A stretch of 64,000 nucleotides of DNA. It comes from an uncultured Bacillota bacterium. Its GTDB lineage: Bacteria > Bacillota_I > Bacilli_A > RF39 > UBA660. The stretch spans positions 1,099,298 through 1,163,297 of the forward strand of contig OW818670.1 in the NCBI GenBank assembly GCA_942493215.1. Reading direction: 5' to 3'. A program made the position numbers and the translations under genes. The notes beneath the pieces are model-generated. The model was not told where the DNA came from. It worked only from the letters and a program-made list of their open reading frames with translations, and searched no databases. This document shows, piece after piece, positions 28,344 through 38,785 of this stretch (its first letter is position 1; each line of letters begins with the position of its first letter).

Positions 28344-30574
28344 AACTCTTTTTTGATATTATTTATTAATTTAATTACTTCATCATAAGATTCATCAAAT
28401 AATTCTAAACGAAAGTTATTAATACCAATTTTCTTATAGTCTTTGATATTATCAATTAGATTAATATTTTTATGATGCATAATATAGGTCAAGCAATTAT
28501 CACTAACAATAGGATAATATAAGTTTTCTTTAGAACGAAGATAATACTTATTATCTTGATGACAGATATTACAACTTTTATTGTCATTATTAACTAGCAT
28601 ATTAAGAGGACAATACTTCATAATCATTAATTCCATGCGTCCATAGATAATTACTTCTAAATTGAGACCATTAGGTAACATCATGGCTTTTGATAAATCG
28701 ATTTCCGGAGAAAGAGTAACTTGCTTAATACCCATTTGGTGCAAGAAGTATGCACTTTTACTATTAGTAACATTTAAATAGCTATCACTAATAACATTAT
28801 TATTAGAAAGATATTTATAGATACTACCTAATTCGGAAACGAGGATATTAGTGTCATTATACTCATCAAAATGCCGCATTACGCGAGGTAAACGTAAATA
28901 TATATGATTGTTTGTTTTATACTTTTCATATAATGTCTTGTTAGCAACATAAATATTATCAATAGAAGCATCTATAGATGCTTTTAACTGTTCTTCATTA
29001 CGAACAAGGACATTTAAAGATTTTGTTTTATTAGTAACTACTTTATCATCATCTATTTTATTAATAGGATGTTCTTTATTACTAACTTGTCTTTTAATAA
29101 TTAATTTTTCAATAATATTTCTTCTTATATCATTTATATCTTTAAGATTAATGAATATATTTTCATCCATTATAATATCAATATTATCAAGTATAAAAGG
29201 GGTATTACCTAATTTACTTAATTGTTCTTTTATTCTATCTTCTGTTAAAGGAGTAGTAAGAGCAGTACTGACAATGGGACCACATGTCTTAAAGTGATTA
29301 TCTTGATCATCAAAAACTTCTAATGATAGGGGTTCATTAATATGAGCCGTGATCTTAAAATTAATCTTTATTCTTTTTAATTCATAATTTTTAAGTTCTT
29401 TTAATAATAGAACATCAGTTGTTTTTAGAATATCACTATTACTATTTAAATTAATTTTATTATCAATACCAGCAATATCACCATTACTAATATTACTAAC
29501 AAGTAATCCTTTTTCATTATAAAGCTTATTAACGATCATACCCTCATTATTACTTGTAAATCTTATACCATCTTCTTGATGCAGATTATCGGTCAGTTTT
29601 ATCCATATTTTATCTGATGTTACTTTAATTGTTTCTCCTATTTTAACACCTAAATGATTAGGTGTTTTTATATTCATTAAAGTTGTTCCATAGTTGTTAA
29701 ATAAATAGCCGCTAGTAAAATCCCGATTAAATAATTTCTTTAATTTATAGATATCATCGTCAGTAATAGTTAAAGGTTCATTATTATAATACTCATCAAT
29801 AAGATGACGATATAATTTAGTAATAAAACCAACATATTCCGGACTTTTCATTCGGCCTTCAATTTTTAAACTTGTAACATTACTATCTAAGATATCTTTA
29901 AAATGATTAAGGGTATTTAATTCTTTAGTACTTAATAAATAGTCACCATTAGTATTAATAATATCTGTATTCTTAATTAATTGATAGGGGAGACGACATG
30001 ATCCAACACACTCACCCCGATTGCCACTTCGACCACCATTTAAACTACTAAATAAGCAACATCCAGAGTAACATACACATAAGGCTCCATGAATAAATAT
30101 TTCTTTATCAATATCACATGTTAAACTGTTTATTTCTGATAAAGACATTTCTCTAGCTAAAATCGCCCTTTTTACGCCAATCCTCTTTAATAAATTAAGA
30201 TTTTCATTATTATGATTATGAGCTTGAGTTGAAGCATGAATCTCTAGATTAGGAAACATTTTTTTAACAGTTACTATCATTCCCATATCCTGCATAATAA
30301 CGGCATCAACATCATTTAAATATAAAAATTTAATATATCCTAAAAAAGGTTCTATCTCATCTTCAAATATTAAGGTATTAGTGGTTACATATATTTTAAC
30401 ACCATATAAATGAGCATATTTAATAGCCTCGATTAATTCCGTATCAGAAAAATTAGGGGCAAACTTACGAGCTCCAAAATTCTTACCACCAATATAAACA
30501 GCATCCGCTCCATTATGAATAGCTTGATATAAAGTTTCCATATTACCAGCCGGGCTTAAAAGTTCTTTTTTCAT
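28340..30574 (-). CDS. U32-family peptidase (collagenase-like, long two-domain form)
   Basis: N-terminus ELLSPAGNMETLYQAIHNGADAVYIGGKNFGARKFAPNF and the Cys-rich segment CVCYSGCCLFSSLNGGRSGNRGECVGSCRLPY are typical of peptidase U32. Confidence 0.85.
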   Translation of the reverse strand: MKKELLSPAGNMETLYQAIHNGADAVYIGGKNFGARKFAPNFSDTELIEAIKYAHLYGVKIYVTTNTLIFEDEIEPFLGYIKFLYLNDVDAVIMQDMGMIVTVKKMFPNLEIHASTQAHNHNNENLNLLKRIGVKRAILAREMSLSEINSLTCDIDKEIFIHGALCVCYSGCCLFSSLNGGRSGNRGECVGSCRLPYQLIKNTDIINTNGDYLLSTKELNTLNHFKDILDSNVTSLKIEGRMKSPEYVGFITKLYRHLIDEYYNNEPLTITDDDIYKLKKLFNRDFTSGYLFNNYGTTLMNIKTPNHLGVKIGETIKVTSDKIWIKLTDNLHQEDGIRFTSNNEGMIVNKLYNEKGLLVSNISNGDIAGIDNKINLNSNSDILKTTDVLLLKELKNYELKRIKINFKITAHINEPLSLEVFDDQDNHFKTCGPIVSTALTTPLTEDRIKEQLSKLGNTPFILDNIDIIMDENIFINLKDINDIRRNIIEKLIIKRQVSNKEHPINKIDDDKVVTNKTKSLNVLVRNEEQLKASIDASIDNIYVANKTLYEKYKTNNHIYLRLPRVMRHFDEYNDTNILVSELGSIYKYLSNNNVISDSYLNVTNSKSAYFLHQMGIKQVTLSPEIDLSKAMMLPNGLNLEVIIYGRMELMIMKYCPLNMLVNNDNKSCNICHQDNKYYLRSKENLYYPIVSDNCLTYIMHHKNINLIDNIKDYKKIGINNFRLELFDESYDEVIKLINNIKKEF

Positions 30575-30619
30575 AAAATCACCATTACCATTATACAGGT
30601 GACCATAAAAAAACTCAAG

Positions 30620-31282
30620 TTAACCTTGAGTATCTTTAATTAAAAATTCATGAATAATATCTTCACTAGTATTTAAACATATTTCTTCAATTCGATCAAC
30701 TCGACATTTCTCTGATAGAATAATAGCTTCAACTTTCTTAACCGCATCTTCTAAAACATCATTAACAACGACATAATTATATTTAGTTACTTCGTTTATT
30801 TCGCGATAAGCAGTTTTAAATCTTTCCATCATTTGTTCATTATCTTCGGCTCCTCTTGCTTTTAAACGTCTTTTTATTTCTTCCATCGTGGGAGCAAGAA
30901 TAAAGATAAATAGGGCTTCACTAAATTTCTCTTTTATTTGTAAAGCTCCTTGAATATCAATTTCTAAAAGAACATCAATCCCATTTTCTAATTTTTCTAA
31001 AATCTTTTCTTTAGGTGTACCATAATAATCATTATAATGTATTTGAGCATATTCTAGAAAATAGTCTTGTTTAATCTTTTCTTCAAATTGTTTTTTAGAT
31101 AAGAAGTAATAATCAATCCCATCTTGTTCTATAGGACGAATGGGACGTGATGTGCAAGAAACAGATTCCCAAAGTTGGGGCATTCTTTTTAATAATTCGC
31201 GACATATTGTTCCTTTTCCAGCACAAGTAGGTCCTGATACAACAATTAGTGAGCCTTGTTTTTTAAGTTTTACAATATCCAT
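30620..31282 (-). CDS. gmk: guanylate kinase-like protein
   Basis: P-loop SGPTCAGKGT and the GMP-binding segment CTSRPIRPIEQDGIDYYF. Confidence 0.7.
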   Translation of the reverse strand: MDIVKLKKQGSLIVVSGPTCAGKGTICRELLKRMPQLWESVSCTSRPIRPIEQDGIDYYFLSKKQFEEKIKQDYFLEYAQIHYNDYYGTPKEKILEKLENGIDVLLEIDIQGALQIKEKFSEALFIFILAPTMEEIKRRLKARGAEDNEQMMERFKTAYREINEVTKYNYVVVNDVLEDAVKKVEAIILSEKCRVDRIEEICLNTSEDIIHEFLIKDTQG

Positions 31283-31290
31283 ATGACCTC

Positions 31291-32697
31291 CTATTTATTG
31301 TTTTTTAAAATATCGCGGGCAGCAATCAAACCAGTGGCTGCCGCTGTGACAATATTACCAGCTTTACCAGCTCCATCACCAACAAAATATATATTATAAT
31401 CACTTAATTTCATATTATTGTCAGTTGTAATTTCATTACTGAAGAATTTAATTTCTGGTCCATAAAATAAAGTTTCATCATTATTAACACCAGGTATAAT
31501 TGCATCTAGTTTTTTTAATCCTTCTAGAATGTTGATAATAATTCGATGTGGTAAGACTAACGCTAAATCACCAGCTACACAATCTTTTAAAGTCGGTTCA
31601 ATAAAACCTTTTTTAATTCTTTCCATCGTTGAACGACGACCTTGTCTTAAATCTCTAAGTGATTGAATAATCGGCTTACCGGCTCCTAAAACATTAGCAA
31701 TTTGCGCAATGGATTCTCCATATTGTCTAGTATTAGTTGTAGGGTGGGTAAGACTAACTTTCGATATAAAAGCAAAATTACTATTTGGCGATTTAACATC
31801 TTTTAGAGAATGCCCATTAACACAAATATATCCTTCATAATTTTCCTTGGTAACAAAACCACCAGGATTAGTACAGAAGGTTCTTATTTCATCATTATAA
31901 GTGTCGGTTTTGATGAAAATAGTCGGATCATAGATAACAGATGTAATTTCTTCTAATATTTCTTTTCTAACTTCAACGCGAACACCAACTTCGATACTTT
32001 GAGAAGTATATGGAATTTCATATTTATCAGCTAATTCTTGAACCCATTTCGCACCTGTTCTACCAGGCGCTACAATAACATAATGGCATTTAATATTTTC
32101 TTCTTTATTACTTTTCTTATAGACAACATTATAATTATTATCGTCTTTATGTTCAATATCTATAACATTAGTATTTTCTTTTATTTCAACACCATACTGT
32201 TCTAAGAAGTTAGTGAATTCTTTAATGTAGTAAGGCAGTTTATCGGAACCTAAATGTTTTTGTTTAATGATTAGAAGATTAGATCCTAGTTTAGCAATCT
32301 TCTCTTTTATCTTATTAGCTTCATCAATATTAGTAGGATATACATCACTATCCATACCAAACTTATTGAAGATGCGTTCGGTATCATCAATTAGATTATA
32401 CGCAGCTTGTTGGTCCATATATTTAAATAAATCGGATTTACCGATTTTAGGAATAAAGTTTAATTTCCCATCGGAGAAGGTTCCAGCTCCGCCATAACCA
32501 GATAAAATGCCGCATGGATTACAATTAGCGCACGGTGCGTTATTTGCATTCATTGGACAAACACGATTCTCAGCTCGTTTACCTTTATCAAATAAAATAA
32601 TCTTTAATTTAGGGTTATTAGTTATTAACTCATAGGCCGCAAATAATCCAGCGGGTCCTGCTCCAATAATTGCAACATCATACATTTTCATCAACAC
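31291..32697 (-). CDS. FAD-dependent oxidoreductase (COG2509-like uncharacterized FAD-dependent dehydrogenase)
   Basis: Rossmann GxGxxG (VAIIGAGPAGLFAA), Cys cluster CPMNANNAPCANCNPC, C-terminal VGDGAGKAG. Confidence 0.7.
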   Translation of the reverse strand: MLMKMYDVAIIGAGPAGLFAAYELITNNPKLKIILFDKGKRAENRVCPMNANNAPCANCNPCGILSGYGGAGTFSDGKLNFIPKIGKSDLFKYMDQQAAYNLIDDTERIFNKFGMDSDVYPTNIDEANKIKEKIAKLGSNLLIIKQKHLGSDKLPYYIKEFTNFLEQYGVEIKENTNVIDIEHKDDNNYNVVYKKSNKEENIKCHYVIVAPGRTGAKWVQELADKYEIPYTSQSIEVGVRVEVRKEILEEITSVIYDPTIFIKTDTYNDEIRTFCTNPGGFVTKENYEGYICVNGHSLKDVKSPNSNFAFISKVSLTHPTTNTRQYGESIAQIANVLGAGKPIIQSLRDLRQGRRSTMERIKKGFIEPTLKDCVAGDLALVLPHRIIINILEGLKKLDAIIPGVNNDETLFYGPEIKFFSNEITTDNNMKLSDYNIYFVGDGAGKAGNIVTAAATGLIAARDILKNNK

Positions 32698-32897
32698 TCC
32701 TATTCATTTCCATTATAACACATAAGTATATGACATAAAAATAATTTTATTAATAATAGTAATAGCAGATAATACGAGATTTTAGTAGAATATAGTCAAA
32801 TAAACAGTAAAGTACAATAAAATGTCGATTAGTTTATTGCGACTAACCCTAATAAATGTTAAAATATAGTCAAAGATATAGATGGGCGGGGATAAGA

Positions 32898-33404
32898 GTG
32901 CTTGTAAGTGTAATAGAATTCTTAAAAGATATGTTTAAATATCTAATCGTTATTGGAGTAATAATTCTAATTAGGGTTTATTGTTTAACAACAGCCGAAG
33001 TAATTGGTCCATCAATGAGTCCTAATTTAATAGATGGTAATATATTATTAATAGAAACTATTACTCCTAAATTAAATAGATATAGTCGTTTTGATTTAGT
33101 TGTTGTTAAATATAGTAGTCCTAGTTATATCATTAAAAGAATTATTGGATTACCTAATGATAAAATAAAATTTGATAATAATAGTTTATATGTTAATGGG
33201 GAATTAGTTATCCAAAATTTTAAATTTGAAGGTACAATTGAAAAATTAGATATAACTGTTCCAGCAAATAAATATTATGTAATAGGTGATAGTCGTGATG
33301 AATCTGAAGATAGTAGGGTCTTTGGACCAATTAATGAATATGATATAATTGGTAAGCCAATTATTCGAATTTGGCCTATCAAAAACTTTAAAATTATTAA
33401 GTAA
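32898..33404 (+). CDS. signal peptidase I (second paralog)
   Basis: S26 boxes GPSMSPNL, KRIIGLPNDKI, GDSRDESEDSR; start uncertain (GTG 32898 chosen; the track's ATG 32856 has no RBS). Confidence 0.75.
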   Translation: MLVSVIEFLKDMFKYLIVIGVIILIRVYCLTTAEVIGPSMSPNLIDGNILLIETITPKLNRYSRFDLVVVKYSSPSYIIKRIIGLPNDKIKFDNNSLYVNGELVIQNFKFEGTIEKLDITVPANKYYVIGDSRDESEDSRVFGPINEYDIIGKPIIRIWPIKNFKIIK

Positions 33405-33440
33405 TTATTGCAAATAATAAATTTGTATGATATTATATTG

Positions 33441-33470
33441 TTGACAAATGGAAAAATATACCAATTATAA
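33441..33470 (+). promoter_or_regulatory. candidate promoter for the riboswitch-adhesin transcript (TTGACA ... ATTATA/ATAATA)
   Basis: TTGACAaatggaaaaatataccaATTATAATAATA directly upstream of the riboswitch. Confidence 0.4.
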
Positions 33471-33475
33471 TAATA

Positions 33476-33592
33476 TTTTGGCAAACTTCTCGAAAGGGAA
33501 GGACGCAAAGTTTGGAATCTAAAGTATAAAAGTTTACTATGATCGTCCAGCCGCAAAGGCTTTCATAGTGGACTTTTTCTTTTTTGGTATAT
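33476..33592 (+). ncRNA. c-di-GMP-I (GEMM) riboswitch with terminator-type expression platform, in the 5' UTR of the Ig-repeat surface protein
   Basis: GGCAAAC-uucu-CGAAAG-ggaa-GGACGCAAAG matches the conserved GEMM-I core (Vc2: GGCAAACCAUUCGAAAGAGUGGGACGCAAAGCC); followed by hairpin GUCCAGCC...GGCU...GUGGAC and UUUUUCUUUUUU (33541-33592). Confidence 0.65.
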
Positions 33593-33635
33593 TAAATTTG
33601 CCATATTATATATATTTTAAGAAAGGGTGGTTTTT

Positions 33636-36600
33636 ATGTTAAACCGAAAGGTAATCGTTGGAATTGCAGTTATTGTTCTGTCGTTTGTCGGCATTTTTAC
33701 TTTTGCATTAAACAATAACAATTCTAATGATGATCCGAACAAAAATGCAGTAAATGATGTTTCTGATGATGATAATAATGGTGATGATCAAAATAATAAC
33801 CAAAATAATAATCAATCAGAGGAAGAAAATACAGAAACAGTAGAAACAACTAGACTCAGAACAACAGCAATAGATACAACCGACCCAGTAATATCAAGTG
33901 TCCAATTAAGCACCACTGAATGGACTAAAGGCAGTGTTATAGTAACAGTAGTAGCTAGTGATGATACTGGCGTAACTGGCTATTCATTTAATGGTGGTGA
34001 GTGGCAAACTAATAACATTACAAATATTTCAACTAATGGCACAGTAGAAATAAGAGTAAGAGATGCTGCAGGAAATATTGCCACTGTAAATCAGGCAATA
34101 TTAAATATTGATATTACAGCACCAACAGTTATTTTTGGAACTAATGGTAATAGTAATTATGCAAAAGTTGCAAGTACAAAAGTTACCGTAAATTTTGAAG
34201 GAGCACCTATTGATCCAGCATCATTAAAGTATGTATGGACCACTAGTACAACCGCTCCTGACAACTCCGCTTTTGACGGTGGAAATATTACTCTTGATGA
34301 GAACCACACTAGTGTTATCAGTACTAGTACAGATCCTCGTATTTTAACAGCTCCAACCGATATTTATTATCTTTGGATACTTGCTAAAGATGAGGCCGGT
34401 AATGGTGAACCAGTAAGAAGTGAAGCTTTCTATTTAGATAATACTGTACCAACCATCATAAGTGTAACCGGAAATGCTACCGAATGGACAAAACAAAATG
34501 TAACATTAACTGTAAACGCCAATGATAATGCATCATTAGGTAGTAAATTACAATATTCATTTGATAATGGAACAATATGGCAAGATGAAAATACGAAAGT
34601 ATTTAGTCAAATTGAAACAGTAAAAATATTAGTAAAAGATGAAGCTGGCAATATATCAGCATTAACTACAATTGAAATAAATAAAATCGATAAGATTGCT
34701 CCCCAAACAATAGTTGAAGTACCTGAAGAAGGAAAATTTCTAAAGGGGACGGAAGTAAAAGTAAAAGTTACTTCAACAGACAATATGGAATTAGCAACAA
34801 TTGTAGCCAATTTATATAGTTCAAACGGCACACGCATTAAATCTACTACCCGTTCAGTTATGGGAACAAGTGCTGTTCATGAATATGATTTTAGTAGCTT
34901 AAATCTTGCTGATGGTAAATATTATATAAAAGCTAACGCATATGATAAAGCCGGTACTATTTCAAACACTGTAACTAGAAATTTTGTTGTTGATAGTACC
35001 AAGCCAACTTTGAAAGTAAATTTAAATAGGCTTAGCTATCTAACTTCTGGAACTCCTGTAAGAAAAACAGCGATTCCTGAATTTGAAGGCTATGATGAAA
35101 ATTTATTAAAAGTGGTAATATATAAAGAAAATGGAACAGTACAAAGTGAAGCAACTACTACTGCAAAAGAAAGAAGAGCTAAAGTTACTCATCTAACTGA
35201 TGGCAAATATACTATAATTGCTTACGATAAAGCCGGAAATGAATCAGAACCATTTGTATTAATAATGGATTCTACGGCTCCAACCGTACCAAGCTTTGAT
35301 TTAAATGGATATAATGAAGATTGGACTAAAGAAAATATCTTTATATCATTATCGTCAAGCGATGCTTACTCAGGTGTATTAACCCATCAAATGCGCTATA
35401 ATGATGAAGCAACATGGTATGATGTTGGTAATGGTGTAACCTTTGCTAATACCTACAATATGACAGTTCAATTTAGATCAGTCGATAAGGCTGGTAATGT
35501 TAGTGAACCGACTAGAAAAATAGTTATTAAACAAGATAAGATTAATCCAACCGTACCAAGTTTTGATTTAAACGGGTACAATGAAGAATGGACTAAAGAA
35601 AATATTTTTATATCATTATCATCAAGTGATGCTAATTCAGGAGTATTAACCCATCAAATGCGCTATAACGATGAAGCAACATGGTATGATGTTGGTAATG
35701 GTGTAACTTTTGCTAATACCTACAATATGACAGTTCAATTTAGATCAGTCGATAAGGCTGGTAATGTTAGTGAACCAACTAGAAAAATAGTTATTAAACA
35801 AGACCAAACATTACCAACCGTACCAAACTTTGATTTAAATGGATATAATGAAGATTGGACTAAAGAAAACATTTTTATATCATTATCATCAAGCGATGCT
35901 CATTCAGGAGTATTAACTCATCAAATGCGCTATAATGATGAAGCAACATGGTATGATATTGGTAATGGTGTAACCTTTGCTAATACCTATAATATGACAG
36001 TTCAATTTAGATCAGTCGATAAGGTTGGCAATGTTAGTGAACCAACTAGAAAAATAATCATTAAACAAGATAATGATACTCCAACTATCCCAACTGTTGA
36101 TTTTAATGGATATGTACCTGGAACTTGGACTAATCAAACTGTTAATGTAACACTTAATTCTACTGATGGTGGTTCGGGTGTAGATAAATATCAAGATAAA
36201 CATATTGATTTTGATTGGTGGTATAGTGATGTTGTTGGCAATGTTTTTAGTGTCTCAGGTACTAGTATTCAAACATGGGCATTTAGAGCAGTTGATAAAG
36301 TAGGTCATACTAGTGCTTCAACAGCATCTTATCAGATACTAGTTGATAAAATAAATCCATATGTCCAATATACTAATGATTCTAACCATACCACTTATAT
36401 GAGCAATCATACTGTAAATGTCTTAGTAGCTGGTGGTAATGGTCAGAGTCCATTAGATTTATCTAATACTAAATATTTATGGTCTAAAGATGCAAGTGGT
36501 ATTGATAGTGATGATTTTGCAGCGAACGGTCAAAATTTTTCTATAACTAATAATTATGCTAATATTAGTGGTACCACTGATATGGATGGTATATATTATT

Positions 36601-37238
36601 TATGGATAATGACTAAAGATACGGCTGGTAATTTAACTATTGTTCCAAGTGCAGCTTACTATTTTGATAATATGGATCCAACTATTTCTATAGATGGTGA
36701 AACTAGTATTGAAATAGAACTTGGCAGTAATTTCAACTTAATGACAGATATTGTTGCTAATGACAGTTCAAATCAATTTAATGTAACTCATTCTGATGTT
36801 GATCTTTCAACAATAGGTATAAAAACAGTTGTTTATACTGTTACTGATAGTGTTGGAAGAACGGCTAGTGTTACAAGGACAATAAATGTTGTTGATACAA
36901 CTGATCCACAAGCTCATTTTGGTAATTTAGTTTATAATGCTAGCTATACTAGAATAGGTCATCTATTTAAAAATGCAACGGCAACTTATGAGGTTAATAT
37001 TATAGATTATGGTAATTTAGCAGTATTAAAATATGTATGGATGCCAGCTGGTCTTGAACAAGGAGAAACTCTTTGGAATGCAGCTTGGTTACTATCAAAA
37101 GATTTTAATAATAATGCTCAGATTTCACAAGATTTTGGAGCTTTAACTTATAGTTCAAAATGGAAACTATGGATATATGCTAAAGACGCATCAGGAAATG
37201 ACGTTTTCGCTTCAACTGATGAGATCGAAATTAAATAA
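33636..37238 (+). CDS. large surface protein with N-terminal signal-anchor, Asn/Asp/Gln-rich spacer and multiple Ig-like beta domains including three near-identical tandem repeats; no LPXTG
   Basis: Start ATG 33636 after GGGTGG; N-terminal TM VIVGIAVIVLSFVGIF; recurring D.AGN.S / WT. motifs typical of bacterial Ig-like repeats; terminator GAGTA-gcaa-TACTCTTTTTTT at 37239-37260. Confidence 0.8.
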   Translation: MLNRKVIVGIAVIVLSFVGIFTFALNNNNSNDDPNKNAVNDVSDDDNNGDDQNNNQNNNQSEEENTETVETTRLRTTAIDTTDPVISSVQLSTTEWTKGSVIVTVVASDDTGVTGYSFNGGEWQTNNITNISTNGTVEIRVRDAAGNIATVNQAILNIDITAPTVIFGTNGNSNYAKVASTKVTVNFEGAPIDPASLKYVWTTSTTAPDNSAFDGGNITLDENHTSVISTSTDPRILTAPTDIYYLWILAKDEAGNGEPVRSEAFYLDNTVPTIISVTGNATEWTKQNVTLTVNANDNASLGSKLQYSFDNGTIWQDENTKVFSQIETVKILVKDEAGNISALTTIEINKIDKIAPQTIVEVPEEGKFLKGTEVKVKVTSTDNMELATIVANLYSSNGTRIKSTTRSVMGTSAVHEYDFSSLNLADGKYYIKANAYDKAGTISNTVTRNFVVDSTKPTLKVNLNRLSYLTSGTPVRKTAIPEFEGYDENLLKVVIYKENGTVQSEATTTAKERRAKVTHLTDGKYTIIAYDKAGNESEPFVLIMDSTAPTVPSFDLNGYNEDWTKENIFISLSSSDAYSGVLTHQMRYNDEATWYDVGNGVTFANTYNMTVQFRSVDKAGNVSEPTRKIVIKQDKINPTVPSFDLNGYNEEWTKENIFISLSSSDANSGVLTHQMRYNDEATWYDVGNGVTFANTYNMTVQFRSVDKAGNVSEPTRKIVIKQDQTLPTVPNFDLNGYNEDWTKENIFISLSSSDAHSGVLTHQMRYNDEATWYDIGNGVTFANTYNMTVQFRSVDKVGNVSEPTRKIIIKQDNDTPTIPTVDFNGYVPGTWTNQTVNVTLNSTDGGSGVDKYQDKHIDFDWWYSDVVGNVFSVSGTSIQTWAFRAVDKVGHTSASTASYQILVDKINPYVQYTNDSNHTTYMSNHTVNVLVAGGNGQSPLDLSNTKYLWSKDASGIDSDDFAANGQNFSITNNYANISGTTDMDGIYYLWIMTKDTAGNLTIVPSAAYYFDNMDPTISIDGETSIEIELGSNFNLMTDIVANDSSNQFNVTHSDVDLSTIGIKTVVYTVTDSVGRTASVTRTINVVDTTDPQAHFGNLVYNASYTRIGHLFKNATATYEVNIIDYGNLAVLKYVWMPAGLEQGETLWNAAWLLSKDFNNNAQISQDFGALTYSSKWKLWIYAKDASGNDVFASTDEIEIK
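35280..36080 (+). repeat. 3 x 267-bp (89-aa) near-identical tandem repeats inside the surface-protein gene
   Basis: Units at 35280, 35547 and 35814 each encode PTVPSFDLNGYNE(D/E)WTKENIFISLSSSDA.SGVLTHQMRYNDEATWYD(V/I)GNGVTFANTYNMTVQFRSVDK(A/V)GNVSEPTRKI(V/I)IKQD.. with >93% nucleotide identity. Confidence 0.85.
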
Positions 37239-37316
37239 GAGTAGCAATACTCTTTTTTTGTTTGCAATATTCTTTATTTTATGTTAGAATCTAAATAGTA
37301 AGAGGAAGTGTTGTTT

Positions 37317-37709
37317 ATGGCTTTTATTAAATTTAAACCTTTAGCATCAAGTTTTTATTTTCATAGTAAGATTTCTATTAGTGAAATAAAAGAAGAAATG
37401 AATTTTTATATCACTGATAATGAGAAAGTGTTTTCAGTTTATAGATCAAAAAGAGATATGTTAGTTTTAACTGATAAACGAATAATATTAATTGATAAAA
37501 AGGGTATTAGTGGATTCAGACGCTCGATATATGGCATTAATTATAGTTCAGTATCAGCCCATGAATTATCAGTTAGAGAGTTTGATTCTAAACTAATTCT
37601 AGCTGTAGATACTGGTCATACAGTTATAATGAATTTTTCTAAAGGTATTTCTTTAGAAGAAGTTAGTATTTTATATAAATATATTGCTAGTAATAGTTTC
37701 AAAAATTAG
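37317..37709 (+). CDS. bacterial PH-domain (bPH / YdbT-like) protein
   Basis: About 130 aa with VLTDKRIILIDKKG and a downstream beta-rich segment typical of bacterial PH-like domains; start refined to ATG 37317 after AGAGGAAG. Confidence 0.45.
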   Translation: MAFIKFKPLASSFYFHSKISISEIKEEMNFYITDNEKVFSVYRSKRDMLVLTDKRIILIDKKGISGFRRSIYGINYSSVSAHELSVREFDSKLILAVDTGHTVIMNFSKGISLEEVSILYKYIASNSFKN

Positions 37710-37772
37710 GTAATAGTAATATTACCTTTTTATTGAATAAAAAAGATAAATTATTAGTTTTGGGAGGTTTAT

Positions 37773-38759
37773 ATGGAAAGTAAAAAAGAAATGTTAATAG
37801 AAGTTATTGCCCATCGTGGTAATAGTGGCACAAACTGTTTTACCGATAACTCATATGATGGTTTTATAGATTCTATAAGTTATCCTGATGTTGCAGGTAT
37901 TGAAATGGATGGTCGTGGTACAAGTAATGGTGATATCGTTCTCTCTCACGAAAAAAAATTAGCGAATATCACACCTAGACAATTACGATTAAAAGGAGTA
38001 ATAAATAGTTTTACATATGAAGAGTTAGAAAAATATAAAGTTTCTAATCACCAAAATAGAGAGTCGGGGATGTATTTAAGAACTTTTCTTCATAATCGCT
38101 ATGATGGTAAATTAATTAGACGAATTATATCGGAAAAAAAGAAAAAATTTACTAATATCTGTCGAGCTAATACCGTTTTAGATGAACTTGTGAAGCAAGG
38201 ATATAAAGGTCAAATTCTTTTTGATTATAAGGAAGATGATGATCATAGTCAAGCAGCGGTAATTGAGTTATTAAATACTTATAAAGATCGTTTACATTTT
38301 ATAGTAGAAGGCAGATTCGGTAAAAGAGTAACCACCATATCTAAACAAACAGGTATATCTGGTGGTGTTATTGTTGATTTTAATAATCTTTCTTTATTAA
38401 AGGCCAAGAATATTAATGAAAGTGAATTTACTTTTTATTCTATTATTTGGACATTAGCAACCCCTGATAATATTAAAAAATTAATTAGGGCTGACAAACA
38501 ATTATATACTTGGACGGATGATAGCATTTATCATATTTTATATGTTTTAAGAAATTTAGTTTTAGTAAAAAGAAAATATGGGCTTGTTCCAGATAAGGTT
38601 GTCTTTATAACCAATTTTCCTACTATTATAGCTAGTTATATAAATGGTAAAACACTCGATTTAAGATTATTAAGAATCTTAAAAGGTTATTTAGATGAAT
38701 TGGATGGTAAATTAGTAGAACAACCTAAAATACTTTTACCAAAGCAACCTAATCGATAA
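37773..38759 (+). CDS. glycerophosphodiester phosphodiesterase (GDPD)-like protein, divergent
   Basis: IAHRGNSG and [19 protein letters not shown] correspond to GDPD HRG and E.D...DG..V..HD motifs. Confidence 0.5.
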   Translation: MESKKEMLIEVIAHRGNSGTNCFTDNSYDGFIDSISYPDVAGIEMDGRGTSNGDIVLSHEKKLANITPRQLRLKGVINSFTYEELEKYKVSNHQNRESGMYLRTFLHNRYDGKLIRRIISEKKKKFTNICRANTVLDELVKQGYKGQILFDYKEDDDHSQAAVIELLNTYKDRLHFIVEGRFGKRVTTISKQTGISGGVIVDFNNLSLLKAKNINESEFTFYSIIWTLATPDNIKKLIRADKQLYTWTDDSIYHILYVLRNLVLVKRKYGLVPDKVVFITNFPTIIASYINGKTLDLRLLRILKGYLDELDGKLVEQPKILLPKQPNR

Positions 38760-38785
38760 ATTTATATAAAGAAAGAAGGAAGTAC

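Noticed and set aside
30620-31282. Whether the guanylate kinase-like gene is the housekeeping gmk
   Set aside because: The canonical Firmicute context (yicC-like, rpoZ neighbours) is absent, so orthology is uncertain. Kept as gmk-like only. No further claim is made.
33275-33556. 93-aa minus-strand ORF overlapping the lepB-like 3' end and the riboswitch
   Set aside because: The region is better explained by the GEMM-I riboswitch and the plus-strand lepB paralog.
34607-36203. Short minus-strand ORFs (34607..34837, 36012..36203) inside the surface-protein gene
   Set aside because: Antisense to a 1201-aa ORF with repeat structure; spurious.
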